DNA of 51,784 nucleotides, filler included, from Streblomastix strix (taxonomy: Eukaryota): NCBI GenBank assembly GCA_008636045.1. It is 2 parts of 2 records of this genome, joined end to end, with 100 filler letters (N's around TTAATTAATTAA, not from the genome) between each part and the next. Parts side by side here need not be neighbours in the genome. Positions count along the whole stretch, not along the records: positions 1 to 25,849 come from SNRW01000189.1; 1 more part is not named here. The stretch is one strand, 5' to 3'. A model generated the notes under the pieces. The model searched no databases and had not been told where the DNA came from. It saw nothing but the letters and a program-made list of their open reading frames with translations. The position numbers were made by a program, and so were the translations under genes. Shown piece after piece: positions 12,601 through 25,690 of this stretch (positions are counted from its first letter, which is position 1; every line of letters begins with the position of its first letter).

Positions 12601-14295
12601 ATTTAATACAGCAGGACATATAGGCATTGGAACATCATGTAATAAGATTGACGGCTCATGAATTGATAATTTACATTTTTCCACATGAGTATTGAAATAT
12701 TCATTAGCTCTTTTGTTAGTATCTGATAATATTGTAACATAATCATGGCAGTAAGGACATATAAGAACTCCTGTTAGCTTTTCAACATTAGATACATACA
12801 TTACATGCTGATCAGTCCCATCACTAATGAGTAATAAGTCTAAAGTCATTGATTCATTATTAAGTTCACCATATGAATTAAATAGCCTATATTAACCTAT
12901 TTTTTCTTCTAACTCTTCATGATAAGTGTATATATTAACAACAAGGTTAAATGTATCAGTAAATTTAATTATTTCAGTAGAGATATTGAAACCTTAGTAA
13001 CTCTATTGAAATTTGTTAAGTGATTAGTCTTTTTTAGCCGCATTATTATATAAAAACTCAAACAATTAATATTTACCTTTAATTTTTTAGAAATATGCGA
13101 ATAATTATTTAGCAAAAGTTATTACTTAATGATGATCAACCTTTTTGTCAATTTCACTTCTTATTCTATAGGTTTGTGCAATAAAGAAACATATTTTATA
13201 ATCTGAATCTATATAATGAACTGAATACTATTTAATATGTTTATCAAGATATGGCATTTTTGCTCCAATATCTATTAATTTATAAGTAGCAAATATTACG
13301 TTAAATATTCCAACTATCAGATTTCTAGTGTCTTCATATATTCGTTCCATTAATTCTCTTTACTGTTTAAACATATCTACTTTGAATTATTCTAGTGATT
13401 TCTTGTCAGTTATTGTTGATTATTTATGTTTGAAAGCTTTATCTAATGAAGGAATTCAACAGGAATATTCATAATTATTTCAATCAAGTTTTCGATACAT
13501 TAGAACTCCAAAATCAATTTGAACTTTAAATGGAAGTCCTTTGTATGAATCGTAAACTTTATTTGCAAATTAAGATAGTTGCTCTTACTGAGTCAGTTTG
13601 TTAAAATAATGAAGTTTATAAATAATTTCATCATAAACATCTTCAGCAATTGCTTCATTATTTTTGAATTTACTTACTCTTTTTATTGCTTTAATTGCTT
13701 CCTCTTTACTATCAACATCAGATAATTACAATGCTATTTATGATAATTTATTTTATCTTTTTGGATTTTCAATTGTTGAAAGTGCGTTAAAGAAATCATC
13801 TTCATTTTACATCAATTATTGATTGGGATTACGTTTAAATTTGTTGATTTTATCTTTGTATATACTATCAACATCAAACTGTTTAACTATGAATTAATCT
13901 TTATTATCATTAGCATCTAATCTATCTTTAATTTTATTAATTCTCTCTTTATATATCCTATCAACATCAAATCGTTTAATGTTGTATTAATCAATAGTAT
14001 CATATATTCTTAATTTCTATTTTGCTTTATTAATTCTATCATTATATATCCTATTAACATCAAATTCATTAACGAAAAGTTAATATTATCTATCATACAA
14101 CTTATCTATGAAATCTGATTAATTGACATCATTTTCTTACATAAGTAATTGATATGATTATTACTCGAGAAATCGCTTCACACTATCAAAGTTTGTTCTA
14201 CTCCCTGTATAATTTAAATCATTTAATTTAGTTACTAGTTTAGTATATAATGAACCATATTTTTCTCATTTAATAATTGGTCTAATAATAGCCAT
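9677..14295 (-). pseudogene. polB: Protein-primed family B DNA polymerase (pPolB), ~1540 codons, with N-terminal extension, Zn finger and inserted HNH-like domain; frameshift at ~11465 and several in-frame TGAs
   Basis: ExoI ITYDFET, ExoII GWNSSRFD, ExoIII YNNIND, motif A ALDGNSLYPS, motif B KLIINASYG, motif C LADTDS. TGAs at 14266, 13480, 13456 and 9836. Confidence 0.93.
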
Positions 14296-15300
14296 TAATT
14301 AAAAAATTTGTGGTTTTGTTAACTTAGACATTTATTAAGAAATAAAAAAATAAATAATCATTATAGATAATAATTATAATTTTTACCTATTAATTTTAAA
14401 CATTATTTATATCAAATGGCTTAAATAAATAACAATATGCATTGGTTGTGGGGATTATGATTCCAATTAATACGGTAAAATTAGTGCTCTCCGATGCGGA
14501 CATTTAAATAAAATTGTTCATAACATTTCGCTTGTGATTGTAACTAATTTTTACGTTGATGCTCATAGTCATTTGATGTGGACGAATAGTGTTATTTTTA
14601 TATGAAAAATCATAGCCTCCAAAATTTTTATATATCATATCTATTATTTCATGAATAAACTTAATAGATCCTATAACTATGGCAATGTACTACTTTAATA
14701 ACTTTCATTTTAATTTCATTAATTAATAATAAATCATTGAACATATCATAATTTATTAATATTATTTAATAATCAATATTATATATTTAAAAACATAATA
14801 AGAAATTATGTTTAAATCAAAAAATAACCGTACAGAGTGATGAAAAATGTGATATAGTATAGAATAAAAATTTACAAAAAAATTTCATTTACAAGTGATG
14901 CCTAAAGAAAATTAAATATAAAAAGTGTATATATATATATATTAAAATTAAATTATTCATAATTTGAAATATATTATGCAAAGTAAATTTTTTTTTGCAA
15001 AAATGTGGAGGTTATGGGATATAAAAATTTTAATGTAAATTATCACCATAAATCATAGAAATTTTTTAAATTTTATTATTAAATCCTACATTGGCATGAG
15101 TTATATCTTTATTTTTTTAAATACAATACAAATTGATTATATCACATTTCTAATATCCTAAAAATACATTAAATGTTGATTTACTGTGTCATCCAAGAAA
15201 ATTTTGAGAACATACTTAAGTTAAAAAGTTATTGTAGAATGTTGAAATATAACATTATATGAGCGAATTTTCTTAATTTTGAAAAAACTGCAACTGTAAA

Positions 15301-15360
15301 ACTTTGATTTATTCGATTGAAACTTTGATTTATTCCTGCAAATGTTTGATTTATTCCAGC
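15301..15360. repeat. Three ~21-bp tandem units sharing TTTGATTTATTC
   Basis: Directly visible; could be a heptad-coding relic on the minus strand (AGINQTF-AGINQSF-NRINQSF). Confidence 0.6.
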
Positions 15361-15919
15361 TGTACTATCTCAAGTTGTATAAGAAAGATATTGAGTCATG
15401 TTAATATACTGTTGATATATGAAAATCATAACTTTGAATTTATAATTGGTAGTTGATAAGTTCATTATTATGATTTTGATATTTATTTAATGATTTATTT
15501 AGAAATTACATATTGAATATTCATATCATGGAATTCTATCTTAGTTTATTCTCTTCATCTTCGTATATATATGTAAACCACCAATTTCACGAGCTATTTA
15601 TAAATTTTCTAAAATGAATAGTTAAGAAAGCATAGATTAATTAATTGAATATATTGCTTATCAAAACATGAATTAAATGAAATATTAAGAATTTATCAAG
15701 AATTTTAATTAGTAAAACCTGAGAAAACTCAATGAATAATATCTAGTGAAATTATAAAAATTGTACATTTTAAAGTATGATTAATCAAATATACCAAGAT
15801 TATGTAATTAACCTAGAATCTCAATTAAAGCATGGGTGGGCAAATTTTATGAACCACCCGAAAAATCGATATGGCAGTTCGGCGACCACATTTTAAATTT
15901 TTCCTTCAAATCTAAGATA

Positions 15920-16822
15920 AAACATTTTAAGAAGCTTCACTGAAAATAACCTGAGAAAATCCAAGATATTCCTCCTGATTACTAAATCAAGCGATTAACT
16001 TAGCTGAATCGTCCATATTTCTCTCTGAAAATTTTTTCAAGGGAAATTGATTTATTTTTCTCAATGAATGATCATATTATCCGTGCTAATTAAGTATATC
16101 TATTCTGTATCAATTTCAACACTAAATATCTTGTTGTTTTCCCTTTAGCAGATAAATCAATAAGTTAAATTAAGAATACTATATAAATAATAGTTGTGAA
16201 TTATCATGTTACTAATATTAGATGTGATGGTGAGAAGGGATTTAACATAAGTATATTGAAATCATTCTGTTAGGGGAAAAAAATTACCTCATTCTTTACT
16301 AATTCTAAGTTCATCAATCATAATAGAGTTGTGAATTCAGTAAATAGTATTATTCATAATGGATTTGGAAATGATTCATAGAAATACGCTGATATTAATT
16401 TAATGTAGCATATGGTTAAGACGTATAATTAAACTCATCATTCTGCTTGTGATAATAAATATTCACCATAATAAGCAAATGACATCTAAGAAATCGAAGG
16501 ATAATATATAAGAAAACAATAAAATATGCTATTTGAAATAAAATAGCAATAATAAAATAAATGATTAACTTCATTTTCACCTGGAAATATATTAATGATT
16601 CATCTACAATACTCTAAAACAGGCCATTAATTCGTTAAATAAAGAAGAAATAACAATGAATTAGTTGAGTTTACTATATCTTCTAATGGAAATGTAACAG
16701 TCGAATTATTGAAGCCTTACTCAGATATAAAAATAATAGAATTATCAATATAATATTGAAAATTTATTGCTTAGAATATTTAATAATTAGATGAAAAATA
16801 CATATAATATTTTTAAATATGA
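15920..16822 (+). pseudogene. rve-type integrase relic, paralogous to 6562-8398
   Basis: RPYFS...EID, YLFCINFNTKYLVV, IRCDGEKGF, NHNRVV, YNQTHH and NGNVTVELLKPY align by eye with the element-1 integrase; contains in-frame TGAs (e.g. 16562). Confidence 0.85.
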
Positions 16823-16873
16823 TAATTTAATTTTTTATCAATTTTCTTTTATTTTCGAATAAAAAATAGAAAC

Positions 16874-17352
16874 ATGGCAATTGAATAAAATGATTAAAAA
16901 ACCAAGTTGTAATTTACTGTTGAAGAACCATCACCTGAAGAATAGATGAAAAATTTTGCTGATAATGCTTCTAAACTATAATTACTTGAAAACGAAATTC
17001 CTGAGAAGTCTCGAAAACGAAAAGATGCCAATGATGATGATGTTAGATTTGCTTTAATTTATAAGAATAAGATAAATAATGTAAAGGAAAGATAAAAATT
17101 ATTTGATTATAGGTATAGAGCAATAAATTCTTAGTTATTATTAATTTAACGTTTATAAAAAATAGTATTTCCAAATACTGAAAAATTTGTCTAAATACAT
17201 AAAATAATAGATAAGTATGATGAAAAGGTTATAAAAATAAAAGAATTAATGAATATTGCTGATAAAGATCAAGCTGTATTTTAGAAACGAAGATATATAT
17301 AAAAATATAAGAAAATCCTAATAGTCCATCAAATGATGATGTTGATGAATGA
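16874..17352 (+). CDS. Viral hypothetical protein, probable homologue of 6221-6535; frameshifted near the 3' end
   Basis: KSRKRKDANDDDVR resembles KPKKYFNDDDRK; same position directly downstream of the integrase. Confidence 0.55.
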
Positions 17353-17362
17353 TTTAAATATG

Positions 17363-18012
17363 ATCACCATAAATCTATTTCATTAAATCTAATTTCTTCC
17401 TTTCATTATTATTTTAACTCCAATTATTCAAGATTTTATTCCTATGGTGGAGTTTATATTTATTTTGCTTATTTATCGTAAAGTTTCGTTTTATTTATAA
17501 TCTCTTATTTTTACGTTATATTTCTCAACTTTCTTAATAGATTCTTGATATTATTACTTAATGAATGAGTTTTCAGTATGAAATCTTATTATTTCTTCTA
17601 AATCAACTAATAGAGAAGTATAATTATACTACTTCTTCTAAATAGTTTTCTTAGGCATTGTTTTTGGTGTTTATCTTGGTTAATATACGATAACTTAATC
17701 TTTTAACTCACCAATATCCTTATTTTAATCTTCTTATGAAAATTTACGATCATTCTATGAAGCCTCATCTTCAGCTTCATCACTATTTTATTCAATATAT
17801 CTTTTTAATTCTCGTTTAGGTTTGGTTTTGCCTCAACCTCTTGCTTCTAATAAGAATTTAGTTAATTATGCTTAAGTCAGAGTTCTTGCTGCTTTTTTTC
17901 CTTCTTCATATACTTTTATCTTATCTTTAACTTTTATAATATATCCATTATTGAAATATTAAATAAAAGTTCCATTTTCCATGAGATTCTTTAATGCTTA
18001 TGCTTGATTCAT
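17363..18012 (-). pseudogene. Charged viral hypothetical protein relic
   Basis: MNQAQALKNLMENGTFIQ...EARG*GKTKPK...; TGA at 17833-17835 and a 3' frameshift. Confidence 0.55.
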
Positions 18013-18120
18013 TTTATTATATACTTACTGATTTTATTAAAACACAAAATTAAATGACAACAAAATAAACAAATCAGATTAGAGTTCATAAAAGTAAACA
18101 TGCGAGTATTATTAAAAAAA

Positions 18121-19643
18121 ATGCACGAAGAATATAAAGCCAGGTTGCAAGTCATAGATAAAGCTTTAACGAATGGATTTCGGAAAGCAATATAAATTCC
18201 ATAGTTCAAAATATCGTCTTCGATTTATACTCCACTATAATCTAGAGATTTCATCGATGAGGATGAACAACAAAGAGAAAGCTTTACAGAAAGACAAAGG
18301 ATAAGGCCAGAAAATACTCATAAATATAAAGAAATACCACGTGAAACTGATTAAGTAGAGCCAGAATAAGTTATTAAGGATAAATACTTATCTCATCTTA
18401 GCATAGAAGTAAAGAAATTCATTATAGATACGATTTGTAGATGTGTTGATTCATGTTAGAAAGGTGAAGATTTCATATTTAACTCCAATAACCATATCAA
18501 ACTCTGGGAATTAGTAATTTAAGAAGATGAGAATGATTTTAAGCTTATAATAGAAGAACCACTGATGAAATATAATAGTTGTACATCTAAAAGTATAAGA
18601 AGAAAGAAATAATAAGAATATATGATGTTCACATCTAGAATGTCTCTAATTCTAACACTGTTAATGTGTTACGGTATATTATAGAGAAGCTATATAGAGT
18701 TAATAAAGATTTTATTAGATTATCTGACAAGCGAGAATTAGATATTGGACCTGACGATTTTTGAAAATTATACGTTTATAAAATCAAAGATTTAGCGACG
18801 AGCTGACACAGTCGTAATAATGTTACACATTTCTGGCAAAGATTCATCTCTACGAAATTGTTTATTTTTATTGAAAACTAATATTGGAAGAAAAATCTCT
18901 TTCAGACTTTGAGGATCCATCAGAAGAAGAACTATAATAAATAAAATCAGAATATGAGAAGATGAAGAAATAATAGTAAGAAATAGAAACACTGTAGAAG
19001 TTATAAAAATAAAAAACTTAATTATTAGATAATGAAATTATAAAGTATTTGGCTTATTTTAGTTAATTCTTTAAAAAATCATCTTTGTCTGATTTATCAC
19101 ATTTAATAACATTAAATACAACTCAAATTATTACAGGAACTAAATAACTTACATTACCTATGACAGCTAATAAAATCATTTAATAAGGTTGAGCAAATAA
19201 TAAAATATTATTAAATAAAGGAATTTCTATTGATAAAGATAAATTGGATTATTATCTAATTGAGAATGATAATAATTTACCGATTGCTTATGGAATGTAT
19301 GAGAAATTAGAATGGGAAACTTAACCAACACAAAATGAATGAAGATATATTTCAATTTTATTCTTACTTTCTGATTCAAATACAGCATGTGAAGGAGAAT
19401 ATACTATGTTTTTTTATTAGCGTTGATATAAAGCCGTAATTTACAGGAACATCACGATACATATTTTTAACATGTCCTTTATTTTCAATATTTAATAGTT
19501 CATAACATTGGACTGGTAATGTTCCAGTGGATTGCTTTATTAATCTATACGGTAATATAATAATAAATACATTAACTAAATACTCTTTACCAGACTATTT
19601 TGCAATTGAGATATGTGAATCATACGCAATTATTAATAATTGA
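18121..19643 (+). pseudogene. Short fibre-like gene relic sharing an N-terminal domain with the element-1 fibre
   Basis: IRIYDVHIQNVSNSNTVNVLR resembles IRIGNVNIHALDENKVNLLR of 1814-5958; later TTQIITGTKQ fibre motif; several frameshifts and stops. Confidence 0.55.
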
Positions 19644-20152
19644 AGTAATTAATTTAAAAATAAAGTAATAAATAGAAAATTTCTTGCTTCTACAATTTTA
19701 ATTATCGCAAGGTTTAAGATTCAATAACTTTAAATACAATATATATCTCCACATCATAGCAAGTTCTTCGTCTTAATATTCAACTGCTACCTTAATGAAA
19801 TCCTATATTTATTCATTTGAATACTTAGACCAATGGAAATAACTTACTTAATTATTTGGTTTCTCGTCATTTTCCGTCTTTTCTTTCTTTCTTCTACGAT
19901 AAACGAATTGATATATTTATATAATAATATTAATAGGAACTAAAATCACATCAAAATAACACCAAAACAATTTTATAAATTATATTTTCGATTGTAATCA
20001 CTTAGGTTTTGATAGAGATATTATAGAAACTGTAAATTTAACGTCATAAAATATAGAATTGATAATTATTATTATATTTAACATAGATTTGTTTTATTAC
20101 AAATATATTGACGTTATCCGAGATATTATCAGTGACATTTACCGATAATTCT

Positions 20153-21167
20153 ATGTAACATGAATATAAAACTAAGTTATTGACAAGGAATTCATTATAA
20201 CTAATCAATGAGAATCATTACTTAGTTGGAGCAGTTGGATCAGGAAGAACTATTTCAGTAAGTAAACTAATAGTAATCTACAAATAAAGAATCAATCCAT
20301 TCATTTTATACTTCTCTAATTTTGGAGCTGATGAAACTATGGCTTTGAATCTAAACTTTAAGAATATAATCTTAACTACTATAACATATGATGAAGTTTT
20401 GTATTTGCTCCCTTAATATGATGAAACTAAATATATTGTTAAAGATATTTTTACTTACTGGAAGTTATTCGAATTAAATGTATCATATAAATCTGATTAC
20501 ATACAGAGAATGAAAGAAAGAATATTAATAATGAATCCAATAAAATAGAATCCAACTAGAATTGATTTCGCAACACCTGAATAACAATAAGGAAAACCTA
20601 AGAATTATGCAAGAAGAATTGCTTTAATATTTCGTTAAGAATGCACTAATGTCATAACTAAATAGTGTTCCAGCGATGATAATGAGATTTATTATTCTTG
20701 CTATGATTCATAACGTATAATTCGAGAGGAAAATAGAAATATCATAAGATGATGGTGATGCTGAATTAAAAGTAACGAAGATTCCAATACTATTTCATAG
20801 TTTACTGCTAAATTCATTGTTAGTATTTGATGATATAGGAAGTAATGCTGATATATAAAGATTCTCCTCTGGATTAGCTAAGACAACAATTCATTTAGTT
20901 TCCGACAGTAGACACAGTAAAAATACTGTTTTCTTTGTTGCTTAACGACCAAATTAATTATTTAAAACTGCTAGAATATTATCTCATGTTATGTGTTTAG
21001 TAGTTAATCTTAGTGAAAGTGATTTGAAACAAGCTTACGAAGAGAATTCTATTTAGAATCTTGACTTTGATGAACTTATGTTATTATATGGAACTCTTAA
21101 TAAATATGAATTCATAATTTTTAATAAATGGTAAGGTAAATATGAAATATTAAAGAAATATTCTTGA
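20153..21167 (+). pseudogene. A32-like (FtsK-HerA superfamily) virion DNA-packaging ATPase; frameshift at ~20748; Walker A Lys reads Arg
   Basis: Walker A LVGAVGSGRT (20222-20251), Walker B LLVFDD, arginine-finger region SRHSKNTVFFVAQ...TAR. Confidence 0.85.
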
Positions 21168-21223
21168 AAAATTTGAATGATTATGTTATTTTTTTCTTTA
21201 TTCTAATCACATTAGCTAAAACC

Positions 21224-23213
21224 ATGAGTTAGTAATAGATCTAAGTTATTCGTTCATTAATATAATCCGACTTCCAAATATTTCAGATAATATCAGAGGA
21301 AATCATCCGGTTCCTGTGGTTAATTATCAAGAAGTGAATATTAATTGACAGTAGATGATTAAAATTCATTAATATATGCTGCAATAGAAAATGCTTAGAA
21401 TAATGAAATAAAAATGGAAATAAATGGTGTTATGACATTGAAAAATTAAAATTTATTAAATAATGATTTCTTAGCAAAAATAACTAGATTATAGTAAGAA
21501 AATAATGTAAAATAATAAACATTGGGAACTGTAACTTAAAATATTGGTGGTTTATAATAATAATTTAATATAATTTATGAAGAAATTAACAAACAAACAC
21601 ATTTTAAAGGATACTATTTATTGATCACAGATATATAATAGTTAGAAAACTCTGCCAATGGTGATTTTGCATTCTCTGCAGAAAGTGGAACAGTACGGAT
21701 GTATGATTAGAATTAGTATAATAGTGAAGATATAGTTCCTGATTAAGTAACTCCTGCAAGTGATGCTAATCCTTAAGAATCTTTTGTTACAGGAAGTGCT
21801 GGATCAAGTAATGAGTATTTTTTAGGAGATCATAAGCATCTGCTATAAGTTTCATCATTTCTAGGTATATATACTTTTGTTGTTAATAATTGTTCTGCTA
21901 TAACTTATGCTTGATCTGACTATTAACATCCAATTCTGACTGCATATTCAATACCACCTGCTGATTCAGCAGAAGGATCATATGGAACAGTTGCTGCTTA
22001 TGCTAGAAATAATCATTCTCACTTTAGTAATGTCTAAACTAAATCTTCGATAAAACAAGTAGTTAACGTAGTTAGAAATAATGGTATTTCAGCATATTAT
22101 TCAAGGCATGATCATTTTATTCCACAATAATTGACTTATGATGGAAACATTACAGCAACTAAATTCATTAAGTTAGGAGGATTTTCAACTTAATTATTAC
22201 TAGCCGATGGTAATTCAACAACGGATTTTGTTACAAAAGCAACAAATTAAACAATTACAGGCTCGAAAACATTTAATAGTAACGTTATTTCTGCAGGTTA
22301 TAAAATATCTAATGGAACAAATTAAGAGATGTTAATGGCAGATAGATCAACGAAACCATTTATATTTGCAGAATAAGAATTTTATATCACTAGATCTATA
22401 AAATATATTAAATTATGTGTGTTTGGCTCTTATACTACTCCAACTGACGTATCACTCGAATTTACATGTAACTGTCGCACAGTATTTGGATTAATATAGT
22501 TTAATTAAGTTTATACAAGTGATGGAATAGGCGCTTATTAATATATGCTTTAAGCTAATTTTGACTATGGAAAGTGCGCATGTTTTATATTAAATTTTGG
22601 TACAGGCGTTGGTAAATATGGTGAATTATGGACAAATATGGATATTTGGTCTAATTATTTATACATTAAATAAACGAATAAGAGTTTGGCTATAATTCCA
22701 TTAGCTAATGTTCTTAGTACTGATGCGGCTAATTCTTTACCTACTGGTTATTCGAGTATGTTTACCTTATTTCCAAATATATATAAATATTCATTTTAAA
22801 TCAATCCAGTAAGTGATAATGGAAATGAAGGGCTCCGTATAACTTTTACCACAAGCAGTTATGCCTTATTTTGCATAGATTGTGGTCTAATTTCAAATAT
22901 TTCTTCTATTGCTAATTAATGTTCAAAATATAAAAAAGCTTTTTGATCATTATTAATAGCTAGAACTTCAGAATAAAATACAACTAATAGAGGATTAAAG
23001 ATTAATGCAGATGAAAAAACTTTTTCTTTAAATGGTAGTGTTAATGCAGGTACAGGAACAATTGGTAGTGCAAATAGTGGTTCAGTTAATTATGCGGCTG
23101 AAAATCCAATATTATTGGGAGTAAATATTGTTTGTACAGAAGGTGAATTCTATAATGATGGAGCTAAAGTATATTGTCGCATTAAACCAATAATACAAGG
23201 ATCAGTTCCTCCA
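21224..23213 (+). pseudogene. Phage-tail-fibre-like protein relic with His-x-His type repeats
   Basis: Repeats GDHKH, YA*SDYQHP, YARNNHSH, YSRHDHF; QTITGSKTF; LLADG; C-terminal NPILLGVN...FYNDGAKVY...GSVPP. Confidence 0.7.
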
Positions 23214-23644
23214 CAAAAAATGAATGTTTAATTTATTTTTCCAAGAAGTTTGACAAAACCACTTAAATAATTATTCACTGAACTTGCAAAAACAAACTGT
23301 AAAGACGAAGATTTAATCAGAACTACGATAGAAACACAAAAAATCTGCTAATGAAAAATAAATAAGATTCATAACATATTTTACTTTAAGAATTAATAAG
23401 AAATAATAAGTAGTTCTCAACATAATTGAGTAAACTATTATCAATGACTTAATTTGTTGATGACGAAAACTATAAGAATAAAATATAAGGTGTGAATAAT
23501 AAGTACTACGCAAATGAATATTATCAAATTAAGATGAAGATGGATTTGAATCAACAACCATAATAAATAAAGATATATATTATATTTGAAGCATTGGATG
23601 ATGAAAAACTGATATATAATTAATTTGTCATGGATTATGATAAT

Positions 23645-23918
23645 CAATTATTTTGTGGATACAATTAATTAACACAGCTTAACATATCTAAATATAGAAG
23701 ATAATTTATGATTTCTTAAGTTTATTCAGTTATCATATATAATCTTTCATTACATTCTTATTAATTCGATTCATAGAACTATTTATGATAATCATCTAAT
23801 TTCTTATTATCCATAAGTGCTTCAATGATTTTACACACTTCGTAATCAGAGGCATTATTTGCTTTTCCAAGTCTATATGCAAAGTAATATAATTCATCAA
23901 TTGCTAATACTGAATTTA
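23645..23918 (-). pseudogene. Small viral ORF relic with an apparently degraded start codon
   Basis: Open frame ...LAIDELYYFAYRLGKANNASDYEVCKIIEAL... with TTATTTTT upstream. Confidence 0.35.
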
Positions 23919-23969
23919 TCACAATAAAAATAATTTATAAATACAATCAATTTTTATAATTAATTTTAA

Positions 23970-24178
23970 TACCATCCTTTATTTTAATGCCTATCTGTTC
24001 CAATAGCTATATTTCCTATAGTTCCCATGATCTTACTTGCTCCTGAAAGAAACATTCATACTGGTCCACTTTGTCTGCACATTACTTTATATAAAATGGG
24101 AGCTACCCATCCTGCAACTTTCTTAATATCATCTAATATGTTGGAACCGAAATTTTATAAACCAGATAAGAATCCCAT
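23970..24178 (-). pseudogene. Small Gly-rich amphipathic protein (MGFLSGLQNFGSNILDDIKKVAGWVAP...), candidate membrane-lytic virion protein
   Basis: MG start, amphipathic helical periodicity, in-frame TGA at 24056-24058. Confidence 0.55.
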
Positions 24179-24234
24179 ATTGAAATTTAATTTGATTTTC
24201 TAAATGGAGTTTTTGTTTGAATAATAAAATTTAT

Positions 24235-25150
24235 TCATTGTTTTATATATTTGGTAAATCGAATTAATATGAGTTTCTTATCTAGTGATTATATATAAAA
24301 ATTAGCTCGTGTTTAGCATTCTGATTATATATCTTCATTTTAAGCAATGTTTGAAGTATTGAGATAAGCATCTATTCCTCCATAGAGTTTTAATCTAAGT
24401 AGACTAGAATTCTTTGATTAACCAGCAAATAAGTTAATAAGTGATGGATAGAGATATACAAGAACTCTATTAGGGGCTAGAGAAATAGGAACTTGCTTAA
24501 TTGTATAATCTAGTTAAGTTAACTGGTAAATAACAATTCCTAAGAATAGTTTAGTTTTTTAAATAAATTTAGGAGCATCACCAACAATAGAGCTTATAAA
24601 ACATGCAATAGCTAGTCAAGAATAAATTTCAATGGCTTTGATAATCCATAAGATGATTGGCCTCGTACTATGTAATGTTGGTCTGACCCAAATTAATAGC
24701 TATTAAATGTAAATGAGTATAATAAGCTATGGATTAGATATTCAACAACATGTATCCCATTCTAATAAATAGCAATCTGTAATGATAAAACAAAATTTTG
24801 AGGAAAATCAATTTATGCAAGAAAATATGCTGTCGTATCTGCAAATTCATTATCTGATTAATTTACAAACAATTCTGTGAGTGTTTCATCATTAGAATCT
24901 ATAGTTTGAAGTAGAAGACATTGAAGAAATTTTAAAGATATTACTACTAGAGCATTCTCTAATATTGCTTGTGCTTCTAATTATTTAATTCCGGATGATA
25001 TAACTTTTGATGGAGTTCTTGAATTAAATTAATTAAATCCAATTTTCAATTCATTTCGAGTATTAACACATAATTACGCATCGTTATATTTAAAGTTATG
25101 GACTTAAGATTTCTTATAAGGTCTGAAGGTTGTACGGTTAGATAGGTATA
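24235..25150 (-). pseudogene. Beta-rich viral protein relic, possible minor capsid (penton)
   Basis: About 300 codons open with one frameshift near 24595. The assignment rests on size, composition and context only. Confidence 0.35.
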
Positions 25151-25199
25151 TTTCAATAACAAATGAACATCTTACATATTAAATGATAGCACCAAAGAA

Positions 25200-25690
25200 A
25201 CATGACCTAATTTATTTATTAAATACATCTGAAAGTGCATTTTACACCTTTTTGTAGGACCTGTTAATATGTGAGATAAGCTAACTACTAAAAGAAATCC
25301 ATCAAATTCGATAAATTTGATTATGATTGCAGTATTTGCTAAGTTAGCTATTAATGATGTGATTTTCACCATAGAAAATTAAGAAACAATCATTGATATG
25401 ATAAGAGTTCAAAAAATATTAAAATTTCCAACATAAATAATACTTTAATAATCAAGTAATTTCCAATTTAAAGTATTGTCCTTAAATTATAGCACGATTC
25501 AGAGTATAATGTCATATTTTAATGTAAGAACAATGTTTATTACTTTTGCATTGAATTAATATCCAATTTGGATGTTTCCTATGCAATTTTAGAAGTTCAG
25601 TTTGGAAATTGTTCAGCAAAAAATAATTTCTTAAGAATATGTATCGTTGAATCCAATGGTTGCCGGAAAAATGTTATATAGCATGGTGAA
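25200..25690 (+). pseudogene. Putative major capsid protein fragment (double jelly roll)
   Basis: Open frame ...ILKFPTQ...IQSIMSYFNVRTMFITFALNQYPIWMFP... with alternating beta-strand pattern, inside a virion-gene module. Not confirmed by search. Confidence 0.4.

Larger units (their letters stand above)
1..14340 (-). mobile_element. Endogenous Polinton/Maverick-like (adintovirus-like) virus, element 1; left end outside the window, termini not identified
   Basis: Compact, intronless, co-oriented gene array (TAR=Gln) containing protein-primed PolB, rve-type integrase, HNH endonuclease and a fibre-like protein. Scattered in-frame TGAs and 1-nt frameshifts indicate decay. Confidence 0.9.

Noticed and set aside
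1021..14268. TGA=Trp code in the viral genes
   Set aside because: TGA terminates each gene at sensible positions, TGG is used for Trp, internal TGAs align with different residues, and frameshifts co-occur, all indicating decay.
14340..15000. Polinton terminal inverted repeat / TSD
   Set aside because: No partner repeat or recognisable terminal motif is visible within the window.
1814..23213. Diversity-generating retroelement acting on the fibre tips
   Set aside because: No reverse transcriptase motifs and no template/variable repeat pair with adenine-specific differences were seen.
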